From Octopus bimaculoides (Eukaryota): DNA of 39,456 nucleotides. Location of the stretch: NCBI RefSeq assembly GCF_001194135.2, contig NC_068982.1, positions 178,472,699-178,512,154 on the forward strand, in the 5' to 3' direction. This document shows, piece by piece, positions 1 through 10,201 of the stretch (the first letter of the stretch is position 1; each line of letters begins with the position of its first letter). Below the pieces are notes generated by a model. That model saw nothing but the letters and a program-made list of their open reading frames with translations, was not told where the DNA came from and made no database searches. The translations under genes and the position numbers were made by a program.

Positions 1-427
1 CCTCCCAACACAGCTCGTTCAACTTCTCCTGCCCACGCCGCCGCACTTGCCTCTACCTCTCCAATACGACCAATCTCACAGTCACCCATTATCGACCCTA
101 TCATATCACTAACTCCTTCACCTGAACTTCTAGCAACGTCATTTATAGCATCTCCTGCTCTCTCTGTCCTTCTCTGTACATCGGTCAAACGGGACGCCGC
201 TTGGCTGACCGGTTCACGGAAAACCTTCGAGACATCAGACTCGGCAATGACAGCCCGGTCTCGTGCCATTTCTGCTCTACCGGTCATTCTTTACAACACC
301 CGTCCGTGTTCGGATTATCCTTGCACAGGGGACATCCGGACTCTCGTCTTCGCCTGAACAGGAATTAATCTTTTCTCTTCGCTCCTTTGCGCCACATGGG
401 CTCAACTCCCTTCTCCTCTTCATCTAG
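1..427 (+). mobile_element. Penelope-like retroelement relic: C-terminal Cys motif and GIY-YIG endonuclease (pseudogenised)
   Basis: Hand translation in frame 3 gives CPRRRTCLYLSNTT..YHITNSFT*TSSNVIYSISCSLCPSLYIGQTGRRLADRFTENLRDIRLGNDSPVSCHF..., then after a 1-bp slip EQELIFSLRSFAPHGLN. This matches the PLE motifs FTCTSSNVIY-C-x2-C-LYIGQT-RL-RF-EH and GLN. TGA at 123-125 replaces Cys. Confidence 0.9.
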
Positions 428-525
428 CTCCTCTCCTCTCTTCACTCCCACCTACCTCTCCTCTCTTGCTCTGACACCTACTTCCTCTCTTCACTCCTAC
501 CCACCTTCTCCTCCANNNNNNNNNN

Positions 526-1395
526 AAATGAAAATACACACACTTTTCATAGTTTTAATATAATTTTTAATATATCGACCGGTTTCGCTTTCGCTATTCA
601 TGATATTAAGGTTGACTTATTTGAATATGTATTTTCTTAAGAAGAAATTTTTGTCCATGTTGTGTGATTTGATATTTACGAGTGAATGACTTCACAAGTA
701 GAAAAATAAGGGGAGTTAATTGATTATCGTTATTCTTGTTATTGTTGTGGACAAGGGAGATAACTGTTCAGCTTTCAGTAAGGGGAGGGGAATATATATA
801 CACACACAGAAAAAAAGGGTTTCGAAAAACTTGTTTAGTGAGGGGATTATGTACAGTGATGTAATCGTGAATTGAAATATGTAAAAAAATAAAAGTTGGT
901 TATGCGTGTATATTAAGACGTGTTCTGTATTTTTCAATGAAAAAAGTTTCTTTATTTAAATGTTCTTGTGGAGAAACTGTGTCTTTGCACTGGTAGAAGA
1001 GGAAGACTGTGAAATTTGGTTTGATGTTATCTGCACATTTTTCTCTATGCTTACTGAGAGGAATTTGTCTGTATTGCAGGAAATTGATTTGCCCTTTATG
1101 TAGAGTGGTTCTCCGTCTCAAAGTGATACTCGTCTGTCCAATATAGTTGTGTCCACAACCCGAGCAAGTTATTATATAAATTAGGTTCTCAGAGGGAGGC
1201 ACAAGTGAAACTAGTTTTAATTATGAACCTTTCTCCTTGTTTGAAAAGAAAATCCGAGCCTTCAAGTAAGTTGGGGCAGGTTCCACAGTTTGGGCGTCCA
1301 CATTTGTTAACCGTTGGTTTCGTGGTTGTTTTGTAAAGCTTCGCATTTGTTAGCAATCTCTTTAGCGATTTGTGTTGCTTTTTAAATTTCTTATA
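526..1395 (-). mobile_element. Second, distinct Penelope-like element 3' portion: GIY-YIG endonuclease plus 3' untranslated region
   Basis: ORF 900-1202 reads ENLIYIITCSGCGHNYIGQT..LRRRTTLH..ETFFIEKYRTRLN. The upstream frame (about 1200-1375) reads KSLKRLLTNAKL..KCGRPNCGTCPNL..FIIKTSFTCAS, joined by a small insertion near 1193-1196. The element is bounded by N-gaps on both sides. Confidence 0.88.
572..606 (-). ncRNA. Degenerate minimal type I hammerhead-ribozyme-like motif (Penelope pLTR type)
   Basis: Minus strand reads ATATC-ATGA-ATA-GC-GAAA-GC-GAAA-CCGG-TC-GATAT: a 5-bp stem I, GAAA, palindromic ACCGGT stem III and a UC site. The CUG of CUGAUGA is missing. Confidence 0.5.
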
Positions 1396-1514
1396 NNNNN
1401 NNNNNNNNNNNNNNNNNNNNNNNNNNNNNNNNNNNNNNNNNNNNNNNNNNNNNNNNNNNNNNNNNNNNNNNNNNNNNNNNNNNNTATATATATATATATA
1501 TATATATATGTATA

Positions 1515-2700
1515 AGGTCGAAACTTTTACAGAAATCCATCAGTTCGCGTGTTCAGTTGTAGAAATATTGGATATGATAATTGATTCGATGAAGTGTACT
1601 GAAGTGCCAGAAGAAGTAAATATTTACCCACATGTTGTCTACGAAGAACAAAAGATTACAGATTGCTAACATATTCCAATAAAGAAAACCGTTTCATATA
1701 ATGTAATTATATCAAAGAAGGAAATGAATAAGCCGGAGTAGTTTATATATTAATTATTGGAGAATAAATTTGGAATTTATTAACTTCCATTTTGACATTA
1801 ATAAATGATTTTATTCAATAAGTCCATGCAGTTATTTGTCCATCGTAAAACCAGAATTCTTTATAAAGTTGTATATACGCTTGCTTCTGAATATTATATT
1901 CAACTGTTGTGTTGTTGTATACTTTGCTTCAATGCTTTTTCAAAGAACAGTTTTTTTTTGAATTTATGCATGTTAGAGTATTTAGCATACTGGAAACAAG
2001 AATTTAAGAATTGTTATCACAAAACCAATAATGAAGTGCTAGAAGTGTTGATGTATCTTTCTGCCATTTATTTAATCCTATGAGATTTCAAAGAAGAGAA
2101 AAAGCAGTTTGGACGGGTTTAGTAAGACGCATCGTCATCTGCTCATCTTTCCATCACTGGCATATACATAGCCGTTGTTGACTGTGCGGCAATATGTTTC
2201 TACACTACGAAAATTAATTCCTATTTTTGTCGCTGTCTCTTTGATTATTCAATTCTCTTTACTATCACACCTTAATTTCATTGTTGCGAATCCGACGATC
2301 ATTTCAAATGTAATAAAAATGTTTTTCAACCAAAGAACAACGTGCATTGATCAAGAAAATTGGACGAAAATTAGAAAAGTTACCGGCACGAAATTGATAC
2401 CGCTAATTAGAATGGGTTAATTATTTTCTGCGGCCATTTTACACGTTATTAATTAGATAAACATATGACCTCAACGTTCGTGTCTACGAAAATGTTGAAA
2501 ACTAAAAAACAAAAAATGTTAGAAAATCTTTGGTTAATGTGGAATTTATTTATAGACGGAATTAATCAGTTTTGTGATATTTCACGAATTATAAGCTTAG
2601 AATTAAGGCGTCTCGAGTTTTGATATACGAAAACAAAAGTGGATGTAGAACGGCTTATATTGAATATCTCATCGGTATTTCCCATACCTTAAGTGGCCAT
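1515..2700 (-). mobile_element. Possible highly decayed Tc1/IS630-like DNA transposon relic
   Basis: Scattered minus-strand peptides resemble an HTH region (IIKETATKIGINFRSVETYCR), a linker (CSLKKH*SKVYNNTTVEYNIQKQAYIQLYKEF) and a decayed first-Asp motif (TLYETVF, cf. FLDETGF). Many stops; no paired TIR confirmed. Confidence 0.3.
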
Positions 2701-2710
2701 TTTCATTTTC

Positions 2711-2777
<67 letters not shown>

Positions 2778-2939
2778 AATGAAGTAGATTGACAAGATTA
2801 TTTTTTGAACTTGTGGAAGGTATGCTAGATGCCGAAATATCGTTCACTTGATAACAATGGCACTCTTCTTCTTCTTCTTCTTCTTCTTCTTCTTCTTCTT
2901 CTTCTTCTTCTTCTTCTTCTTCTTCTTCTTCTTCTTCTA

Positions 2940-2983
<44 letters not shown>
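2711..2983. repeat. Compound trinucleotide microsatellites: (TAT)n 2711-2776, (CTT)n 2865-2938, (AAT)n 2939-2983
   Basis: Directly visible. These produce the poly-L, poly-R, poly-N and poly-I ORFs in the track. Confidence 0.98.
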
Positions 2984-2986
<3 letters not shown>

Positions 2987-3318
2987 TGGAGAAATACCAG
3001 CCACTGCGGGACGAGATAGGAAAGTTATGGGGCATGAGGAAAGTAATGGTGATGCCAGTGGTAACTGGTGCATTATGAGCAGTTTCCAAGGGCTTTAAAA
3101 AGCATATTAAGAATACTGGATCTGCTGTCAGGCTCGAGGTGATCCAGAAGACAGCATTGTTGGGTACAGCTTGCATTCTAAGGAGAGTGTTGTCTCTTTG
3201 AGTCACAGGAGAAGGCATTACTTGAAATATTTGGTGATTTGTTATTGCCTGCTTTCAATTAAAGAATAACCGGTAATTAAGAACTATCCGAGAATCATAA
3301 TAGACAAATAATAATAAT
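2987..3318 (+). mobile_element. 5'-truncated R4/Dong-clade non-LTR retrotransposon (end of RLE domain, 3' UTR and AAT tail)
   Basis: Translation EKYQPLRDEIGKLWGMRKVMVMPVVTGAL*AVSKGFKKHIKNTGSAVRLEVIQKTALLGTACILRRVLSL* matches the R4/Dong C-terminus (KIEKY..L..EI..LW....P.V.GALG...LQK.ALLGTA.ILR..L). Premature TGA at 3076-3078, natural stop at 3199-3201, (AAT)n on both sides. Confidence 0.85.
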
Positions 3319-4730
3319 GATGCTAACTCAGTAATTCATCATTTTATCAAAATAGGTGTTTTTCTTTCAATTTCATTTAAGGATAAATTTCAGTTTTTAG
3401 CTTATTAAGGTGATGACTTGGTGGGTGATGTGTTGTTTAAGCGATCAAATGAATCGGCGCTGAATGGGCGTTAACGCCGATTAGTTATCCCCATAAGAAG
3501 AGATAGTCATTTGTACTCTCGACCATATCAACCTCATTGCATACTTGTATATAAAAAAAAATCATTCAATATAGTTTGAAGAAAGGAAATATAGTTGACT
3601 GAATCTTAACCATGCTAATTTTATTGTCGTTGTAGCATTCAAAAAGATATATCGATTGTATCATCGTGAATCTGAAGAAATCCTCGCTCGCAAAACGTTT
3701 TGAAATTTTGATTGGGGTAGAGGAAAGATAAAATCCCCTTATCTCTAATAGGACTTATTGAGACTTATAAAACTCTTAAATATGTTAAAATTGAGGTCAA
3801 TGGAAAAGCTTTTCTGCTTGACAAAGGTATCATATAACAAAAAAAAAAAAATGTTTTTTCCTGGAAAAAAGAAAACGAATTTAAATGTCATGAAACAATA
3901 ATTGAATCATTTTTCGGAAGAAACTCATAGATATTTACGCAGATATCAATGATATTAGTAAAAAATACTGCTTTTCTCTGGCACCTAATCGCATCTGATT
4001 ATCTTCACTAGTGTGACCTTCTTTCTATTGTATTATTAAATCCAACATCGATAAACAAGAGCAAGAAGTCATATACAAAACTTGAAAGCAACTATGTGGC
4101 AAAGTAGCCACAGATATCTGCCCAATAATTGTGTTCAATACCAATCGTTCCAATCAAGTGAACCGCAGAAAAACTGTTTCCGATATATTCCTTAGGAGAT
4201 TTTAAAATATAGAGCGTAAAACAAAAGCAAGCTACTTACTGGCTACTATCTATCATTTGTGGATGTAAACTAAGTTTTGGAAATCATGTAGCAATGTCAG
4301 ATAACCTTTTCACCCAGAGTCGTCGTAAAATACACTGAAATAATATATATGATATATATGCTTTGACGTAACTTCTAATATAATTATTAATTATTATGCT
4401 AAGTCAAGAGTTTCATAAAATAAAAGAGCGCTAAATGTACAAGTTACGCATAAATACTAAAATACGTGAATTTGCATGGATCATATTTTGCAAATAATAT
4501 AGTTGTAAAATGCTTTCAGAGATATAAAAACTTATATTTCTCATGTGATGGGCTATCAGGATTAAAAAAATCAATTTGCCTCCCATAAATGTATAGGTCC
4601 CTGTAGATATGATAACTAAAATAATGAGATGTAGTGATTTTATAAAGAAAAATTATATCTTTGGAAAATATTTACCTATAAGAACGTATTTAGAAATACC
4701 ATATATACGAAGTTATAACCTAGAAAACTG

Positions 4731-4800
4731 AATATAGTTGTATACAACTATATTTACCTCACTTCCACCGCTTTATAAAGCGGTGGAAGTGAGGTAAATA
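4731..4800. repeat. Two overlapping perfect zero-spacer palindromes: 24 bp (4731-4754) and 50 bp (4751-4800)
   Basis: AATATAGTTGTA|TACAACTATATT and TATTTACCTCACTTCCACCGCTTTA|TAAAGCGGTGGAAGTGAGGTAAATA, checked base by base. Confidence 0.97.
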
Positions 4801-6512
4801 CAAGAGTACGAAAGAAATATCAGAAACATGAAGAGTGAAAAGGAGAGAGTGTGAGAGAGTGAGAAAATGAGAGTTGATGGTAAGAAGAGAAAAAAATATT
4901 CAGTGCGAGCTGAATATTTTTCAAAGCAAAGAGGGAGAGAGAGAGGAAAAGTAATAAGATTGATACAAAATCTTATAACTTAACCCGACTTTTATCGATT
5001 TTCTGTTTGCGGCAACTGTTAGAGAAAACATAGTCTACAACGTGCAAGGCAGTGTTATGGAGAACTGTACACATTTGTTAGCATCAACATTGTAACTATG
5101 TATATTTGCTATTTTTAAGTTTCTATTGACAGTTTTTATTTAATGTCAATATCTTATTTTACATCCCAACTTTTCCAATATGTGTATCTGCTCGTCTTTT
5201 AGATGTAATATATAGTTTGTTTCGTTTTCGCCAATGTTATTTCAACACATAACAAACTTGGTGCAGTTTAATGTTACACTTGTACAGACTATGCGGCTAG
5301 ATGAATTAGTTACAGCTTAATAAAAATATCAAACTGTGTTTTAAATTAATATTTGCATATCGTTGCGTTTTTGGCAGTTATCCAGTAATTGACAATAGCT
5401 CATTTTCTATTATTCAACATCTACATCATCTCTAAATATAAGGTGATAAAATTTAAAGATATATGTGTATTTTCTTATAGAATATTGATATTAACCAATT
5501 TTTCCTTTTTTTTAATGCACAAGTTTAGATATCTTATATTCGATTTAAAGTGAAACTTTTCAACAAGAATAATATTGAACATAAATGAAAGTGACATATG
5601 TGAGCTAGATGATGAATGAAACTTCAATTTATTCAAGATAAAATTCAGAATTTCACATAAAGGTACTAAAAGTTAATTGGCATTCCATAACAAAATGGAA
5701 ATGTCTATGCAATTATAATTTTAAAATTCATTAGTCTGAAACAAGATACAGTTAGAAGTTTAGGTGTTATATGAAGAAAAGGCTCGTAATCATATTCAGC
5801 AGAAGTAATTCATTAAAAGACCTAAGCCATAGTTTTGGTTTTACGAAGTAAATAAATAAATTTGTATAATAAACACTACAACTTTAGGAGTACATTAAAC
5901 ATTTTATTCCGGCCTTATCTTCTCCAAACACTTCAAGCTATGAAAACTAAGAGAACTAATTACAATTTTAAAACCAAACAAATGTTCCATTGAAACAACA
6001 TCGTAAAATGTCAACAATCTTAAAAACAAACCCACAAAATTACTTAACATGTTAGTTCTAAACTACAGAAATCTCAACAGCCTACAACCTGAAACTAATG
6101 ATGCTTTCTTTCTTAGACATACGCCTGCAACAGTAACAATTAATTTACACAGTTTTAGGTGGATTCAATAATCAAACTCGCCGTTGTTATTACAACCACC
6201 GTAAAAAGATTAACAAACATTTTCACTCAAATATATATTATTCTCTTGTATACACGCGACGTTAATAATTTTCAAAGCCAATTACCTCATTTCCTCAGTA
6301 TACTAATTCAACAGTACACACTCCAAAACCCATGAGCTAGAAACATGACTTCTACCAATATGCTTTAAACTTATATATCATATACCACCTCTAGATTATC
6401 ATGCGATACATTTTGGGCTCAAGAACTCTATGAAATAGACTCATAGAAATATCCTGCACACATATCAGATCAAAATCCCTGTTCTAATTTGCAGGAACTT
6501 TCTCTCTACGCT

Positions 6513-6708
6513 TTCTCCTGTGACTCAAAGAGACAACACTCTCCTTAGAATGCAAGCTGTACCCAACAATGCTGTCTTCTGGATCACCTCGAGCCTGACA
6601 GCAGATCCAGTATTCTTAATATGCTTTTTAAAGCCCTTGGAAACTGCTCATAATGCACCAGTTACCACCGGTATCACCATTACTTTCCTCATGCCCCATA
6701 ACTTTCCT
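6513..6708 (-). repeat. Inverted near-identical copy of 3018-3213 (internal R4/Dong fragment)
   Basis: The reverse complement matches 3018-3213 except at positions equivalent to 3054 and 3057. The supplied ORFs 2937..3218(-) and 6520..6726(+) give the same peptide. Confidence 0.95.
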
Positions 6709-7278
6709 GATATAAATATAAGTTAAAAAGTCAAATAAATATATTTTAACAAAATATTCTACCTATAAAACACCGTATTTCCAGTTCCCGCTTTCCCTAC
6801 AAATATTATTTGATCTAAAAACTTAACAAACATAACAAAATACTCACTTCATATCACCACATTATACGCTCACTCATGCATTTCAGGAGCACATTTGTGT
6901 GGTTTCATATTTGCCTATAACGACTGTGAAAGGCATGTTCAATTATGAAATCGCATCTACAGACATTGATCTTGCACCACGACCTCATTTTGACACTTGT
7001 AAAACATCATTCTTATTAAATCTGAACAAATGCAAGCTCACCTGTAGTCCATATGAATTACATTAGATGTAATATAGGTTGCTAGTTACACTAAAAAAAC
7101 AACAAAACTCTGAACACGCGATTGTAACTGTTGCAGTCGCAAATAGTTTTAAACTATTTCAAGGATTTTAAAATCATTTATTTGTATGAGAGATGGCGAC
7201 ATTCGGAATCTTTTGATGGATTTTGAAACTGAGGTAAGGGAAATAGTTCGTTTCTAATGTTTTCCCACGTCAATGCAT

Positions 7279-7618
7279 GGCGAGGATCAGTGGTGAGAGC
7301 GTCGTGCTCACAGTCATGAGGTAGTGAGTTCGATTCCCGGACCGAGCTGTATTTTGTGTTCTTGAGCAAGACACTTTATTTCAAGTTTCTCCAGTTCATT
7401 CAGCTATACAAATGAGTTTCAACGTCACTGGTGCCAAGCTGTATCAACCTTTGCCTTTCCCTTGGATAACATCGGTGGCGTGGAGAGGGGTGACTTGTAT
7501 TCATGGGCGACTGCTTGTCTTCTATAAACAACCTTACCTGGACTTGTGTCTCACAGGGCAGCTTTCTAGATGCAATCCCATGGTCATTCATGACCAAAGA
7601 AGGTCTTTACCTTTTTTT
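7279..7618 (+). mobile_element. tRNA-derived SINE, family A (near full length)
   Basis: A-box-like TGGTGAGAGCG, B box GAGTTCGATTCCC, central domain GTGTTCTTGAGCAAGACACTTTATTTCA..CTCCAGTTCATTCAGCT..AAATGAG, T-rich end. Confidence 0.85.
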
Positions 7619-8636
7619 CCCTTAAGGGAAACACAGTTAGAGGCAAGCGAGCCAACGACTGCGTCAGCTAGGCATAACTAACCAATTTCCAGCAAATCTT
7701 TATACTATAGTATTAAAAAGAAAAGGCTCTTGGGATTATTTATAAGTAGTTTGAATAAAGATGGAATTGTTTTGGAAATATGCCTGCTGGATTAAGGATG
7801 TCCTAAAGTTAAATGATAACAGCAATATAATTCTAGAGAATTGATGTTTTGAAGCATATTTGATGTTGAGGTCAGGTGAAATACAGAGGGAATAAGGAGA
7901 AGAGGAGAGCACAGGTACCCTAGTGTGGCTTGAGTGGATAAGGATCAAGAAAAGAGGTGTAGATAAGAAATACAGTAGTGCGATTCGTTGATGTGTATCG
8001 TAACCAAGCTGAATAGATAACAAAATTCATGAGCTATATTGTAACTGACAATTTGTGCCTCACACAGAAATCACTGCATTATAGAAAGTGTTCCAGATTC
8101 CCAAATCTGACAAAAGTTGTTCAGGATATCAATATTATGGATTACTGTAAGTATTCAAATTAGTCATCTCGATGCCGTACATATCTTCAAGTGGGGCTGA
8201 CGGACACTTTTCAGCTACAACAGAAATAGCCAAAGCAACTCTGAAAGAAGTATCTGCGTGTTTATTTGACCAGCTAGAAATAGCATCCAAAACTCACCAA
8301 ATCATATTATCTTTTAAAATATCAAAATTAAAAAGATGGAAAACTCATGGCTGTGATGCATGTTCATTCCAAACAGTTATTTTTAAATGAATGGAAAGAA
8401 GCTAAATATCCAATCACTGAAATGACGTATTTTTGTTTACTACGATGATGACCTTCGACGTGATCGAACAACCAATCCCAACCAGTCGGGATTCATAGTA
8501 CAGATTGTGAATCCTTTCGATCGCTGAATACAAAACGTGGCAGACGAGATTTCGGTCGGGTGATTTTCATAAGTCACTATTTCACCCTCATACGCCAATC
8601 CGTTACAAAGTTACAGTTGGGTTACTAGTTACAGCT

Positions 8637-8869
8637 GGGTTGCTTGTGGAAGACCAACAGTCGCTTATGCATACGTCGATGTTGTCCAAAGGAAGGGCAA
8701 AGGCCGACACAGCTTGGCACCAGTGACATTGCAATTCATTTCTACAGCTGAGTGAACTGGAGCAACCTGAAATGAAACGTCATGTTCCAGAACACAACAC
8801 ACAGCCCGGTCCGGGAATCGAACTCACAATCCCATGATGGTAAGCCCGACGCTCTAACGACTGAACTAT
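8637..8869 (-). mobile_element. tRNA-derived SINE, family A (3'-truncated, inverted relative to the 7279 copy)
   Basis: Reverse complement reads GTTCAGTCGTTAGAGCGTCG..GAGTTCGATTCCCGGACCGGGCTG..CTCCAGTTCACTCAGCTG..GTCACTGGTGCCAAGCTG, collinear with 7279-7540. Confidence 0.85.
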
Positions 8870-10138
8870 ATAACACACACACATATATGCGTATACATAT
8901 AGGCATGTATGAAGGAGAGACATGTATAGAGAGTGAAAAATGAAGGAGTTTTAGGAGATACAAATCCCGAAATCAATAGAAATAAGCACCCAAAGATAGA
9001 TGCATGTGTTTTAGAAAAATCAGTAAATAAGTAAATTGCACTTGGTTGAGGTAAATAGAGTTGATTAATTAATTAATTTATTCCTTTCAGCTGTAATATG
9101 AGTTGACAGATTTTATTGAATTTTCTTCTTTTCTCTTTATAAATACCTAAAGTGGAAGCTACAAAACCAAGGGAAGTTAGTTGAAATATTCATAGATAGA
9201 AATTGAAGGAAAAGTTATTAGAAAGAAATAGGGGAAGTGCAAAAAACTGTGCTAAATTCCTTAAACAATACCAATTCATTATAATCTGCTTGAAATATAT
9301 TGGGTTTGAATGTTAATATAATATAAATTGGAAGTAATTCCATATTGTGCTCACATATGAGCTTACGCGCTTTAGCAAAATGTCATAATGAACAATGACT
9401 GATAAATTTGAACCGTTATTGATAATCGTTAGAATTCCAATTAGTTTTAATATTTGAGTAAAACAGGTGTGACATAACAACAAAGTAATTAGAGAAAACA
9501 TTAAGATGTGTCTTTGTTGCAACTGATCTGAATATACAAGGTACAAGTAATCTGATTATTATTATTAATTTGGGTCTCTAAGAATGCTGTTGAAGAATTA
9601 CAACTTATTGCTTGTATAAAATCAAAGTTCCACTGAGAGCTTTAGTTTTAATACAGACATTTAGATATGAATGATATAAATCACTTAGCCGTAAATATAT
9701 AACACGAGGAACAGGTTTAATCTTCAAGCATCCGTGAAGTTGTGTAACAGTTGCTTGATTGTAGCTTTCAGCAGGATTCTACTCTATACTGACACCCATT
9801 CGTGTACTTGTTAGTCTGAGAAGAGACAATGTGTACACTCCTTTCTCCTGCTCATAAACTGGAAGATGTGGATAAGAAACCAACTTTGCGGAGTTTGGAA
9901 GGAAAAAAGGGAGGCCTACATTATCTGTGAATCGGGGAAAATGTTTAGAGGTAACAAACATCAGAATAATGGAAGAAAAACGGAAATAGTTTAGAAGCTC
10001 ATGAACAGAATCATCCTGGTTATGTGTACGTGCGAGTACTGGATGTGTGATTAGCACAGATCTGTTCGGTTTACTTGTAGAAAAGAAGTGACATATTTTT
10101 GAAAACTGTAATACGCTCAATCACCCCAATGCAGTGAA

Positions 10139-10201
10139 GTAATGTTGATTGATAGAAATATTGATTGATAATGTTGATTGATAATGTTGATTGATAGAAA
10201 T
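10139..10201. repeat. Short imperfect minisatellite (unit about ATGTTGATTGATA, 4 copies)
   Basis: TAATGTTGATTGATAGAAATATTGATTGATAATGTTGATTGATAATGTTGATTGATAGAAAT seen directly. Confidence 0.85.

Noticed and set aside
3452-3482. 8-bp GC-rich hairpin AATCGGCG/CGCCGATT, considered as a Helitron end or terminator
   Set aside because: No correctly spaced CTRR, no Helitron sequence nearby, and bacterial-type terminators are irrelevant here.
9700-10135. Slightly GC-richer stretch with a 113-aa minus ORF; considered as a host exon or transposase relic
   Set aside because: I recognised no motif in the minus ORF or the three plus frames, the plus frames have stops, and there is no convincing splice-site pair. 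A BLASTX would be needed.
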